Origin: Candidatus Fimenecus sp.
Lineage (GTDB): Bacteria > Bacillota > Clostridia > Oscillospirales > Acutalibacteraceae
NCBI GenBank assembly: GCA_045545735.1
Contig: JAZQBM010000007.1
Location: 112,295 to 176,294, forward strand
Direction: 5' to 3'
DNA: 64,000 nt
Numbering within the stretch: the stretch's first letter is position 1; each line of letters begins with the position of its first letter. Shown piece after piece: positions 56,263 through 64,000 of the stretch. The notes under the pieces were generated by a model that saw only the letters and a program-made list of their open reading frames with translations, was not told where the DNA came from and did no database searches. A program made the translations under genes and the position numbers.

Positions 56263-57327
56263 ATGCAAATCAGAATTGAAAAAACAACTGCCCCAAAGGC
56301 AAAACCAGATTGGAAAAACTTAGGCTTCGGTCACATTTTCACAGACCATATGTTTATTATGGACTATGATGAGGGTATGGGTTGGCACGATGCAAGAATC
56401 GTACCTTATCAGCCACTCGTTCTTGACCCGTCAGCACTTGTTTTCCACTACGCACAGGAATGTTTTGAAGGACTTAAAGCATATCGTTGTGCAGACGGTA
56501 GTGTTCAGCTTTTCCGTCCTGACAAAAATGCTGAAAGAATGCAGTCAACTCACGACAGACTTTGTATTCCACAGATTCCTGTTGAAGATTTCGTAGATGC
56601 AGTTAAAGCTCTTGTTTCAGTTGATAAAGATTGGGTTCCTGCAGAACCTGACACAAGCCTTTATATTCGTCCGTTTACAATCGCAACTGAACCGATTTTG
56701 GGCGTTAAAGCATCAGCAAGTTATCAGTTTATTGTAATCTGCTCACCATCAGGTGCTTATTATGCAGAAGGTCTTAATCCTGTCAAGATTTATGTTGAAG
56801 ATGAATATGTTCGTGCAACACCGGGCGGAACAGGCTATATTAAATGTGGCGGTAACTATGCAGCATCTATTGCGGCAGGTGAAAAGGCACATAAACTTGG
56901 TTATTCACAAGTTCTTTGGCTTGATGGTGTTGAAAGAAAATACGTTGAAGAAGTTGGTGCTATGAACATTATGTTCAAAATGGGTGGAGAAATCTACACA
57001 GCAGCAACAGTTGGTACAGTTCTTCCCGGTATTACAAGAATGAGTTGTATTGAACTTCTTAAAAACTGGGGCTACAAGGTGAACGAAGGTAAACTTGCAA
57101 TTGATACTGTTATGGACGCAGGCAGAAACGGTACTCTTGAAGAGGTATTCGGTACAGGTACCGCGGCGGTAATTTCACCGGTTGGTTCACTTATGTATGA
57201 AAAAGAAGTTGTTGAAATCAATAATTTTGAAATCGGCGAACTTACACAGAAACTTTATGATACTCTTACAGGTATTCAGTACGGTAAAATCGAAGATACA
57301 TTCGGTTGGACAATTAAAGTTGACTAA
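56263..57327 (+). CDS. ilvE: Branched-chain-amino-acid aminotransferase
   Basis: FHYAQECFEGLKAYR, GGNYAAS, GITR, EVFGTGTAAV. ATG 56263 lies 9 nt after GGAG. Confidence 0.9.
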   Translation: MQIRIEKTTAPKAKPDWKNLGFGHIFTDHMFIMDYDEGMGWHDARIVPYQPLVLDPSALVFHYAQECFEGLKAYRCADGSVQLFRPDKNAERMQSTHDRLCIPQIPVEDFVDAVKALVSVDKDWVPAEPDTSLYIRPFTIATEPILGVKASASYQFIVICSPSGAYYAEGLNPVKIYVEDEYVRATPGGTGYIKCGGNYAASIAAGEKAHKLGYSQVLWLDGVERKYVEEVGAMNIMFKMGGEIYTAATVGTVLPGITRMSCIELLKNWGYKVNEGKLAIDTVMDAGRNGTLEEVFGTGTAAVISPVGSLMYEKEVVEINNFEIGELTQKLYDTLTGIQYGKIEDTFGWTIKVD

Positions 57328-57349
57328 TTTTGATGTCTAAAAAACACAG

Positions 57350-57391
57350 ACCCCTCGCAAGAGGGGTTTTCATTTTGCACTTTGCACTTTG
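57350..57391 (+). repeat. Intergenic motif locus C: ilvE terminator hairpin followed by CATTTTGCACTTTG CACTTTG
   Basis: acccctc-gcaa-gaggggt (57350-57367), then ttt, then CATTTTGCACTTTG (57371-57384). Confidence 0.8.
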
Positions 57392-57402
57392 TATTCAGCA
57401 TT

Positions 57403-58038
57403 TTAATGATATTCCATTCCAAAAAATTCAACATAAACGGGAGAAAGTCTGTCGTTTATTAGTGAATAAAAATCAATGTCATTTGAATTTTTATAATTAT
57501 GCACTTTATGGAAAATCATAACAGCACGGGTTTCGGTAGGGGATTGCTCAATAAAAAATCTGCCTTTTGACTTTTGACAAACACTGCGGACAAAATTAAG
57601 TCCAAGCCCGTTATAGTTATTTATAAATGCACCGCCACTATGCACTTCTAATCTTACAAAATTGCTCATTTCAATAGTTTTTACAGTTACAAGTTTTTCA
57701 CAACCATAAAGATAGGCATTTGATAATAGGTTTAATAAAGCCTTTGTTGCAAATCGTTGATTGCATAAAACGGGCGAAGTGTCATTCCCACAATATATAA
57801 ATGAAATGCCGGTTTCTGCTACAATAATATCGCAAGCAACAGTTATGCTTTCGGCAAGTGCTGAAATGTTAACGATTTCATTATCAAAATCTGTTTCGGA
57901 ATGTAGTTCAAGTTGACGCAACTTTTTATATTGTTCACGAAGCCCTGACTTGTTGCCGTCGTAAAAAGAACGGTCAAAAAGTAGTTGTAATCGTTCACGC
58001 TCATCATTTTTGCAAGGATTAGTGCCGTTAAAGTGCAT
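57403..58038 (-). CDS. Orphan HATPase_c (GHKL) domain protein, histidine-kinase-like but lacking sensor and recognisable H-box
   Basis: N-box ALLNLLSNAYLYG, G-box GLGLNFVRSV. No TM segments and no HExxxP phospho-acceptor motif. Confidence 0.55.
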   Translation of the reverse strand: MHFNGTNPCKNDERERLQLLFDRSFYDGNKSGLREQYKKLRQLELHSETDFDNEIVNISALAESITVACDIIVAETGISFIYCGNDTSPVLCNQRFATKALLNLLSNAYLYGCEKLVTVKTIEMSNFVRLEVHSGGAFINNYNGLGLNFVRSVCQKSKGRFFIEQSPTETRAVMIFHKVHNYKNSNDIDFYSLINDRLSPVYVEFFGMEYH

Positions 58039-58231
58039 TTTTACACCCCCATACTATAAATTTTATACCCATTTTGGCGGAATATTCACCGATTTTTGAA
58101 CAGATTGACAAAAAGTTCACAAAAAACCAAATTTTTCAAAAATACTCTTGCATATTTGCTCGAAAAGATATAAAATAATACTGCACTAATGCGAAATAAT
58201 ATTAGTATTAATTTATTTGGAGGAATTCAAA

Positions 58232-59266
58232 ATGTCAGTTAAAGTTGCTATTAACGGTTTCGGCCGTATCGGACGTCTTGCATTCAGACAGATGTTCGGC
58301 GCAGAAGGCTATGATGTTGTTGCTATCAACGACCTCACAAAGCCATCAATGCTTGCTACTCTTCTTAAGTACGACACAGCTCAGGGCGGTTACTGCGGAA
58401 GAATCGGCGAAGGTCTTCACACAGTTGAAGCTGACGACGAAGCAGGTACAATCACAGTTGACGGTAAAACTCTTAAAATCTATGCTATGGCTAACGCTGC
58501 TGAACTCCCATGGGGTGAAATCGGTGTTGACGTAGTTCTTGAATGCACAGGTTTCTATTGCTCAAAGGCAAAGAGCCAGGCTCATATCGATGCTGGTGCT
58601 AAGAAAGTTGTTATTTCTGCTCCTGCAGGTAACGACCTTAAGACAATCGTTTACTCAGTAAACGAAAATACTCTTACAGCTGATGACACAATCATTTCAG
58701 CTGCATCTTGCACAACAAACTGCCTTGCTCCTATGGCAAAGGCTCTCAATGACTTCGCTCCAATCCAGAGCGGTATCATGGCTACAATCCACGCTTACAC
58801 AGGCGACCAGATGATTCTCGATGGTCCTCACAGAAAGGGCGACATGAGAAGAGCACGTGCTGGTGCTGCTAATATCGTTCCTAACTCAACAGGTGCTGCA
58901 AAGGCTATCGGTCTTGTTATTCCTGAACTCAACGGCAAACTTATCGGTGCTGCACAGAGAGTTCCAGTTCCAACAGGTTCAACAACAATCCTTACAGCAG
59001 TTGTTAAGGGTGCTGACGTTACAGTTGATGGCATCAACGCTGCTATGAAAGCTGCATCTTCAGAAAGCTTCGGCTACAACGAAGACCCAATCGTTTCTTC
59101 AGACGTTATCGGTATGAGATACGGTTCACTCTTCGATGCAACACAGACAATGGTTGCTAAGATTGCTGACGACCTCTATGAAGTACAGGTTGTTTCTTGG
59201 TATGACAACGAAAACAGCTACACATCACAGATGGTTAGAACAATCAAATACTTCGCAGAACTTTAA
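58232..59266 (+). CDS. gap: Glyceraldehyde-3-phosphate dehydrogenase
   Basis: [20 protein letters not shown] active site, WYDNE. Confidence 0.95.
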   Translation: MSVKVAINGFGRIGRLAFRQMFGAEGYDVVAINDLTKPSMLATLLKYDTAQGGYCGRIGEGLHTVEADDEAGTITVDGKTLKIYAMANAAELPWGEIGVDVVLECTGFYCSKAKSQAHIDAGAKKVVISAPAGNDLKTIVYSVNENTLTADDTIISAASCTTNCLAPMAKALNDFAPIQSGIMATIHAYTGDQMILDGPHRKGDMRRARAGAANIVPNSTGAAKAIGLVIPELNGKLIGAAQRVPVPTGSTTILTAVVKGADVTVDGINAAMKAASSESFGYNEDPIVSSDVIGMRYGSLFDATQTMVAKIADDLYEVQVVSWYDNENSYTSQMVRTIKYFAEL

Positions 59267-59286
59267 TTCTTAATTAAATAATGCGA

Positions 59287-59319
59287 GAGCAGATATCATA
59301 AAGATATCTGCTCTTTTTT
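59287..59319 (+). terminator. Rho-independent terminator
   Basis: gagcagatatc-ataaa-gatatctgctc plus tttttt. Confidence 0.9.
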
Positions 59320-59379
59320 GTTGCTCTTTTTCGTTTCTTGTGCTATGATAAATATATAAATTTTCAAGGGGATTTTGTT

Positions 59380-61812
59380 ATGGCTAAGTTTACGGAAAAA
59401 ATCGTTGTTGGTGCTATGAAATTAGGTATGAAAATCATTGGTGCTGATGTTTCACAGGAAGAAGCCGTACAGGCTTTAGGCGAAGTAACCGTTACTGACG
59501 GTATGCCCGAAATCTTGCGTGAGGCAGCGGCAGAAACTGCAATTCTTCTTAAAAATGAAAACACATTACCATTCGCAAAGGGCAGTCGTGTTTCTGTTTT
59601 TGGCAGAGTGCAGAATGATTGGTTTTTCACAGGTTACGGTTCAGGCGGTGACGTAAAAAAACCATACGGCGTAAATCTTATTGATGGTCTTAAAAACTGT
59701 GAAGATTTGAGTTTGAACACAGAACTTTCAGATTTATATGAGACTTGGTGTGGTGCAAATCCCGTTGACCATGGCGTTTGGGGACATTGGCCAAGATTTT
59801 ATGACGAAATGCCGTTGACTGCAGAAATCGTTAAAAATGCAAAAGAAAACAGTGACCACGCTCTTTTTGTAATCGGTCGTTCATCAGGTGAAGACCGTGA
59901 AAATACACTTGAAAAAGGTAGTTTTTATGTGACTGATGAAGAAAAAAATGCACTTCACAGAATTTGCGAACAGTTCGATAAAGTTACACTTCTTCTCAAT
60001 ATCGGCTCTGTTATTGATATGAGTTGGATTAGAGAATTTGAAGGTAAAATCGGCGCAATCTTAATAGTATGGCAAGGCGGTATGGAAAGTGGCAATGCGG
60101 TTGCTGATTTGCTTTGTGGTAAGGTAACACCAAGTGGTAAACTTACTGATACTATTGCAATTAAATATGAAGATTACCCGTCAGCAGAGCATTTCGGTAA
60201 TCTTAAATACAACGAATATGTTGAAGATATTTATGTTGGCTACCGTTGGTTTGAAACCTTCGCAAAAGACAGAGTTCTTTACCCATTCGGTTACGGACTT
60301 TCATATACAACATTTGATATTTCAACTGAAAAGTTTGATTATAAAGATAAAGAACTTACATTTACTTGCACAGTTAAGAATACGGGTGATTACAAGGGCA
60401 AAGAAACAGTACAAATTTATGTCGAAAAACCTTGTGGTGCTCTTGGCAACCCTGCTCGTGAACTGATTGGCTTTGCAAAAACAAAAGAGTTAGCACCGAA
60501 TGAGTGTGAAACTCTTGTGATTACAATCCCTGAAAATCGCATCTGGTCTTATGATGATAGTGGCAAGAGTGGTTACGCTCGCGCTTATGTAATGGAAAAG
60601 GGCGAATACAAATTTTATGTTGGCAACTCTATTCGTGACGCACAGTGTGTATGTGGTTTTGCAGTAAAGAATACTGAACTTAAAGAACAACTCACACAAG
60701 CAGGTGCACCACAAGTGGCATTTGAAAAATACATAGCGATTGAAGAAAACGGTGTTCGTCGAGCAGTTAAAGAAACTGTAAAACTTCGTGAATACGACTT
60801 AAAGCAAATTATTCTTGATAACATTCAAGAGGGTATAGCACAAACATGCGACAAGGGTGTTAAACTTCAAGATGTTAAAGATGGTAAAGCAACACTTGAC
60901 GAATTTGTAGCACAATTAAGTCTTGACGAACTTGAAGCAATTTCTCGTGGCGACTACAAAATGGATAGCCCCCTTGGTGCAAAAGGCAACGCAGGTGCTA
61001 TGGGTGGCGTGTTGCAGAGTTTACGCGATAAGGGTGTCCCACCAATGATTACAACTGACGGACCGTCAGGTATTCGACTTCTTTCATACTGTTCACTTAT
61101 TCCAAACGGTACTGCACTTGCAAGTACATTCAATACTGACCTTGTTGAAAAAGTTTATACAAAAATCAGCGAAGAATTAAAAGAAAAGGGCAGCGATATT
61201 CTTCTCGGCCCCGGTATGAATATTCACAGAAGTCATCTTTGTGGTAGAAATTTTGAGTATTATTCAGAAGACCCAGTTGTAACAGGACTTATTGGTGCTG
61301 CTGCAGTTAAGGGTATTCAACATAACGGCAGAAAGGCATGTCCAAAACATTTTGCTTGTAATAACCAAGAGGTAAACCGTACCCGTAATGATTCAAGGCT
61401 TTCTGAAAGAGCATTGCGTGAAATTTATCTTAAAGGATTTGAAATCTGTATTAAAGAGGCAAAGCCACAGACTATTATGACCTCATATAATAAGATTAAC
61501 GGCGTTTGGGGACATTATAACTATGACCTTTGCAAACGTATTCTTCGTGATGAGTGGGGTTATGAAGGTCTTGTTATGACTGACTGGTGGATGCGTCCGT
61601 CAAAGAGTCCTGAATTCCCGAAACTTCGTGACCAGGCATATCGTGTGCGTGCAGGTGTAAATGTGCTTATGCCGGGTGGTGAGCGAGTAACAAATGGTAA
61701 GCCCGACGGTACACTTCTTAAAACTTACGGCAAAAAAGACGGAATTACCCTTTACGAAATGCAAGAAAATGCAAAATGGGTATTAAAACTTTGCTTAAAG
61801 AAAGATAACTAA
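59380..61812 (+). CDS. Glycoside hydrolase family 3 beta-glucosidase with permuted domain order
   Basis: The sandwich domain (ILLKNENTLPF...FGYGLSYTTF) and an Fn3-like domain precede the catalytic barrel (KHFACNNQE..., nucleophile motif LVMTDWW). Confidence 0.85.
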   Translation: MAKFTEKIVVGAMKLGMKIIGADVSQEEAVQALGEVTVTDGMPEILREAAAETAILLKNENTLPFAKGSRVSVFGRVQNDWFFTGYGSGGDVKKPYGVNLIDGLKNCEDLSLNTELSDLYETWCGANPVDHGVWGHWPRFYDEMPLTAEIVKNAKENSDHALFVIGRSSGEDRENTLEKGSFYVTDEEKNALHRICEQFDKVTLLLNIGSVIDMSWIREFEGKIGAILIVWQGGMESGNAVADLLCGKVTPSGKLTDTIAIKYEDYPSAEHFGNLKYNEYVEDIYVGYRWFETFAKDRVLYPFGYGLSYTTFDISTEKFDYKDKELTFTCTVKNTGDYKGKETVQIYVEKPCGALGNPARELIGFAKTKELAPNECETLVITIPENRIWSYDDSGKSGYARAYVMEKGEYKFYVGNSIRDAQCVCGFAVKNTELKEQLTQAGAPQVAFEKYIAIEENGVRRAVKETVKLREYDLKQIILDNIQEGIAQTCDKGVKLQDVKDGKATLDEFVAQLSLDELEAISRGDYKMDSPLGAKGNAGAMGGVLQSLRDKGVPPMITTDGPSGIRLLSYCSLIPNGTALASTFNTDLVEKVYTKISEELKEKGSDILLGPGMNIHRSHLCGRNFEYYSEDPVVTGLIGAAAVKGIQHNGRKACPKHFACNNQEVNRTRNDSRLSERALREIYLKGFEICIKEAKPQTIMTSYNKINGVWGHYNYDLCKRILRDEWGYEGLVMTDWWMRPSKSPEFPKLRDQAYRVRAGVNVLMPGGERVTNGKPDGTLLKTYGKKDGITLYEMQENAKWVLKLCLKKDN

Positions 61813-61818
61813 AGGATT

Positions 61819-62472
61819 TTGATTATGAAAACTAAAGTTATATCAATTGTATTGTGTTTTGTTCTTATAATAACTGCTTTTGCAGGTTGCAAGAGAAATG
61901 AAGAAGAAAGCACAACTACAACAACCACTACAACTACAGAAACTACAACCGAAACCACAACTGAGGAGCCTACTTCCAATACATCTTCTTCAAATAAAAA
62001 AGTACAGCGGGATAGTCGTCTTGTGGGCAAATGGCGTGCAGAAACAAAAGTACCTGTTGACGAAAACGGAAATACAGTAATATCAAGATGCACCGTTACT
62101 TTTAAGAAAGACGGTACATTTTCACAGATTACAACTGAAGCACAAGCAAGACAAGTGATAGTTGATACATATCTTATCACATTTGGTTGCAAGAATGAAA
62201 AAGAACTTGACCAGTATATCCGTAAAACTACAAATCTTACGTTAGAGGCTTATATTGCTATGGCGATGGCTGAAATGACAGAAGATGATTTCAATATAAC
62301 GGGTACTTGGAAAACTGAAAACAAAAACACTCTTTATGAAACCACATTTAACGGTACAAGAAATAGTACAGAGATTGTTCCTTATACGGTTTCGGCTGAC
62401 GGCAATACTGTTAAAATCAGTATGGATGACGGTGCTGGCGGAAAACTTACAATGGTACTTACAAGAGCATAA
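61819..62472 (+). CDS. Lipoprotein with poly-Thr linker, unknown function
   Basis: Lipobox TAFAGC, STTTTTTTTTETTTETTTEEPTS. Confidence 0.7.
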   Translation: MIMKTKVISIVLCFVLIITAFAGCKRNEEESTTTTTTTTTETTTETTTEEPTSNTSSSNKKVQRDSRLVGKWRAETKVPVDENGNTVISRCTVTFKKDGTFSQITTEAQARQVIVDTYLITFGCKNEKELDQYIRKTTNLTLEAYIAMAMAEMTEDDFNITGTWKTENKNTLYETTFNGTRNSTEIVPYTVSADGNTVKISMDDGAGGKLTMVLTRA

Positions 62473-62476
62473 AATA

Positions 62477-62506
62477 AAACCTCGGTATTAACCGAGGTTT
62501 ATTTTT
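62477..62506. terminator. Bidirectional rho-independent terminator
   Basis: aaacctcggt-atta-accgaggttt flanked by A-run and T-run, between convergent genes. Confidence 0.85.
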
Positions 62507-62750
62507 ATTCTTTATCTTTTCCGTATTTTTTGTTTCGCTTTTCTACTCGTTTTTCGCGGATTTTTTCAAACGCAATTTCCATAACTACGAAAAGTACAAT
62601 TACAAGAATTGCAAAGAAAATACGAATAGGTGTAACCGTTAATTCATTCCCATACTTAACTGTTTTTTCTGCGAATGCCGTTACGGTAAAACTGAGGCAT
62701 AAAATCACCGAAAACAGTATAGTATTCAGTTTTTTTATGCCGTTTCTCAT
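62505..62750 (-). CDS. Small membrane protein, unknown function
   Basis: Signal peptide ...TVTAFA/E, a second TM segment and a Lys/Arg-rich tail. Tightly follows aspS. Confidence 0.5.
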   Translation of the reverse strand: MRNGIKKLNTILFSVILCLSFTVTAFAEKTVKYGNELTVTPIRIFFAILVIVLFVVMEIAFEKIREKRVEKRNKKYGKDKE

Positions 62751-62752
62751 TT

Positions 62753-64000
62753 CTATTCCTCTGTTTCTTTAACTGCAATACCGAGTTCGTCAAGTTGAAG
62801 TGTATCAACAGGTGACGGACATTCTGTCATTGGTTCGCTTGCGTTCTGGAGTTTAGGGAATGCGATAACATCACGAAGTGAGTCTGCACCAATCATCTGC
62901 ATAACAAGTCTGTCAAGACCAATACCCATACCGCCGTGTGGTGGTGGACCAAATTTGAATGCATCTGTCAAGAAACCGAATTTTTCATAAGCCTCTTCGT
63001 CTGAAAGGCCAAGGAGTGTAAACATTCTCTTTTGAAGTGCAGGGTCTGTAATTCGGATTGAACCTGATGACAACTCAACACCGTTGAGAACAAGGTCATA
63101 AGCCTTTGCACGAACTTGTGCTTTGTCTGTTTCAAGATATTCCAAACATTCATCCATTGGTGAAGTGAATGGGTGGTGCATAGCAACAAAAGTCTGTGCA
63201 TCCTCGTCCCACTCGAAGAATGGGAATTCTGTAATCCAAAGAAGATTGAATTTGTCAGTTGGGATAATATCAAGTTTCTTTGCAACTTCTTGACGGAGTG
63301 CACCAAGAACTGAAAGAACACTGTTTTTCTTTGTGTCAGCAACAATAAGAACAACGTCGCCTGTTTGGGCACCTGCTTTATTAAGGAGTGCTGTCATTTC
63401 GTCTTCTGTAAGGAATTTTGCGAATGAAGATGCAAGACCATCAGGCATAAGACGAGCAAATGCAAGTCCTTTAGCACCAATACCACGAACAAATTCTGTT
63501 AATTTGTCAATTTCTTTTCTTGTGAGAGTATTAACCGCATTTTTAGCTGTGATACAGTAAACTGCACCGCCGTTTTCAAGTGCAGATGTAAATACACCGA
63601 AACCGCAACCTTTAACTACGTCGCCAAGGTCACAAAGTTCCATTTCATAACGAGTGTCGGGCTTGTCAGAACCGTAACGTTCCATAGCGTCTTTATAAGT
63701 AAGTCTTGGAAGTGGCAACTGAATATCAACGCCCATAGCTTCTTTGAATACACGCTGAATATAACCTTCACCCATATTCATAACATCGTCAACGTCAACG
63801 AATGACATTTCAAGGTCAATCTGTGTAAATTCAGGTTGACGGTCAGCACGTAAATCTTCATCACGGAAGCAACGAGCAATTTGCATATAACGGTCAAAAC
63901 CTGCTACCATTGAAAGTTGTTTATAAAGTTGTGGTGATTGTGGAAGTGCATAGAAACTGCCGTTGTGAATTCTTGATGGCACAAGGAAGTCGCGAGCACC
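62753..64000 (-). CDS. aspS: Aspartate--tRNA ligase (N-terminus outside window)
   Basis: GARDFLVPSRIHNGSFYALPQSPQ (the frame stays open to nt 64000), FRDEDLRADRQPEFTQID, GGMGIGLDRLVM. Confidence 0.95.
   Translation of the reverse strand, partial: GARDFLVPSRIHNGSFYALPQSPQLYKQLSMVAGFDRYMQIARCFRDEDLRADRQPEFTQIDLEMSFVDVDDVMNMGEGYIQRVFKEAMGVDIQLPLPRLTYKDAMERYGSDKPDTRYEMELCDLGDVVKGCGFGVFTSALENGGAVYCITAKNAVNTLTRKEIDKLTEFVRGIGAKGLAFARLMPDGLASSFAKFLTEDEMTALLNKAGAQTGDVVLIVADTKKNSVLSVLGALRQEVAKKLDIIPTDKFNLLWITEFPFFEWDEDAQTFVAMHHPFTSPMDECLEYLETDKAQVRAKAYDLVLNGVELSSGSIRITDPALQKRMFTLLGLSDEEAYEKFGFLTDAFKFGPPPHGGMGIGLDRLVMQMIGADSLRDVIAFPKLQNASEPMTECPSPVDTLQLDELGIAVKETEE

Noticed and set aside
61809-62192. 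127-aa - strand ORF with poly-Val.
   Set aside because: It is the mirror image of the poly-Thr (ACN) linker of the + strand lipoprotein, which has a proper lipobox and RBS.

Overview
AT-rich, low-GC Firmicutes-type chromosome segment. Gene order and the Thr/Glu-rich linkers in exported proteins suggest a clostridial (Ruminococcaceae/Oscillospiraceae-like) organism, but that is inference only. Most of the window is housekeeping backbone on the + strand: infC-rpmI-rplT, a TrmH-family methyltransferase, dprA-topA-trmFO, rnc, a radical SAM gene, smc-ftsY, rdgB-yhbY-nadD-yqeK-rsfS, leuS, rlmA, chromate-transporter halves, RumA-type methyltransferases, ilvE, gap, GH35/GH3 glycosidases and a partial aspS. 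I found no rRNA, tRNA, CRISPR array, transposase or integrase. The standout is a compact nine-gene operon of about 11.3 kb (about 6552-17996). It encodes a bitopic membrane protein, a 1780-aa secreted giant, six tandem small secreted paralogues and a membrane-anchored protein with about two dozen Asp-rich calcium-binding-type repeats. The fold-sized domain of the small paralogues is also present at the C-terminus of the giant. No sortase, LPXTG, SLH, dockerin, ATPase or enzyme motif is visible. The layout parallels WxL/csc surface-complex loci of lactobacilli and enterococci (small protein + large protein + membrane anchor) but with a different motif, so I flag it as a candidate uncharacterised cell-surface assembly system. 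Secondary curiosities are listed below.
- A fused Wzz/BY-kinase with a (Gly-Tyr)10 tail.
- A 277-bp highly structured element with 20-bp terminal inverted repeats in the rplT 3' region.
- A structured, repeat-containing rpmI-rplT spacer.
- A 14-nt motif that recurs next to hairpins at three intergenic sites.
- An FtsY with a C-terminal acidic tail ending in a KKKRGFF motif.
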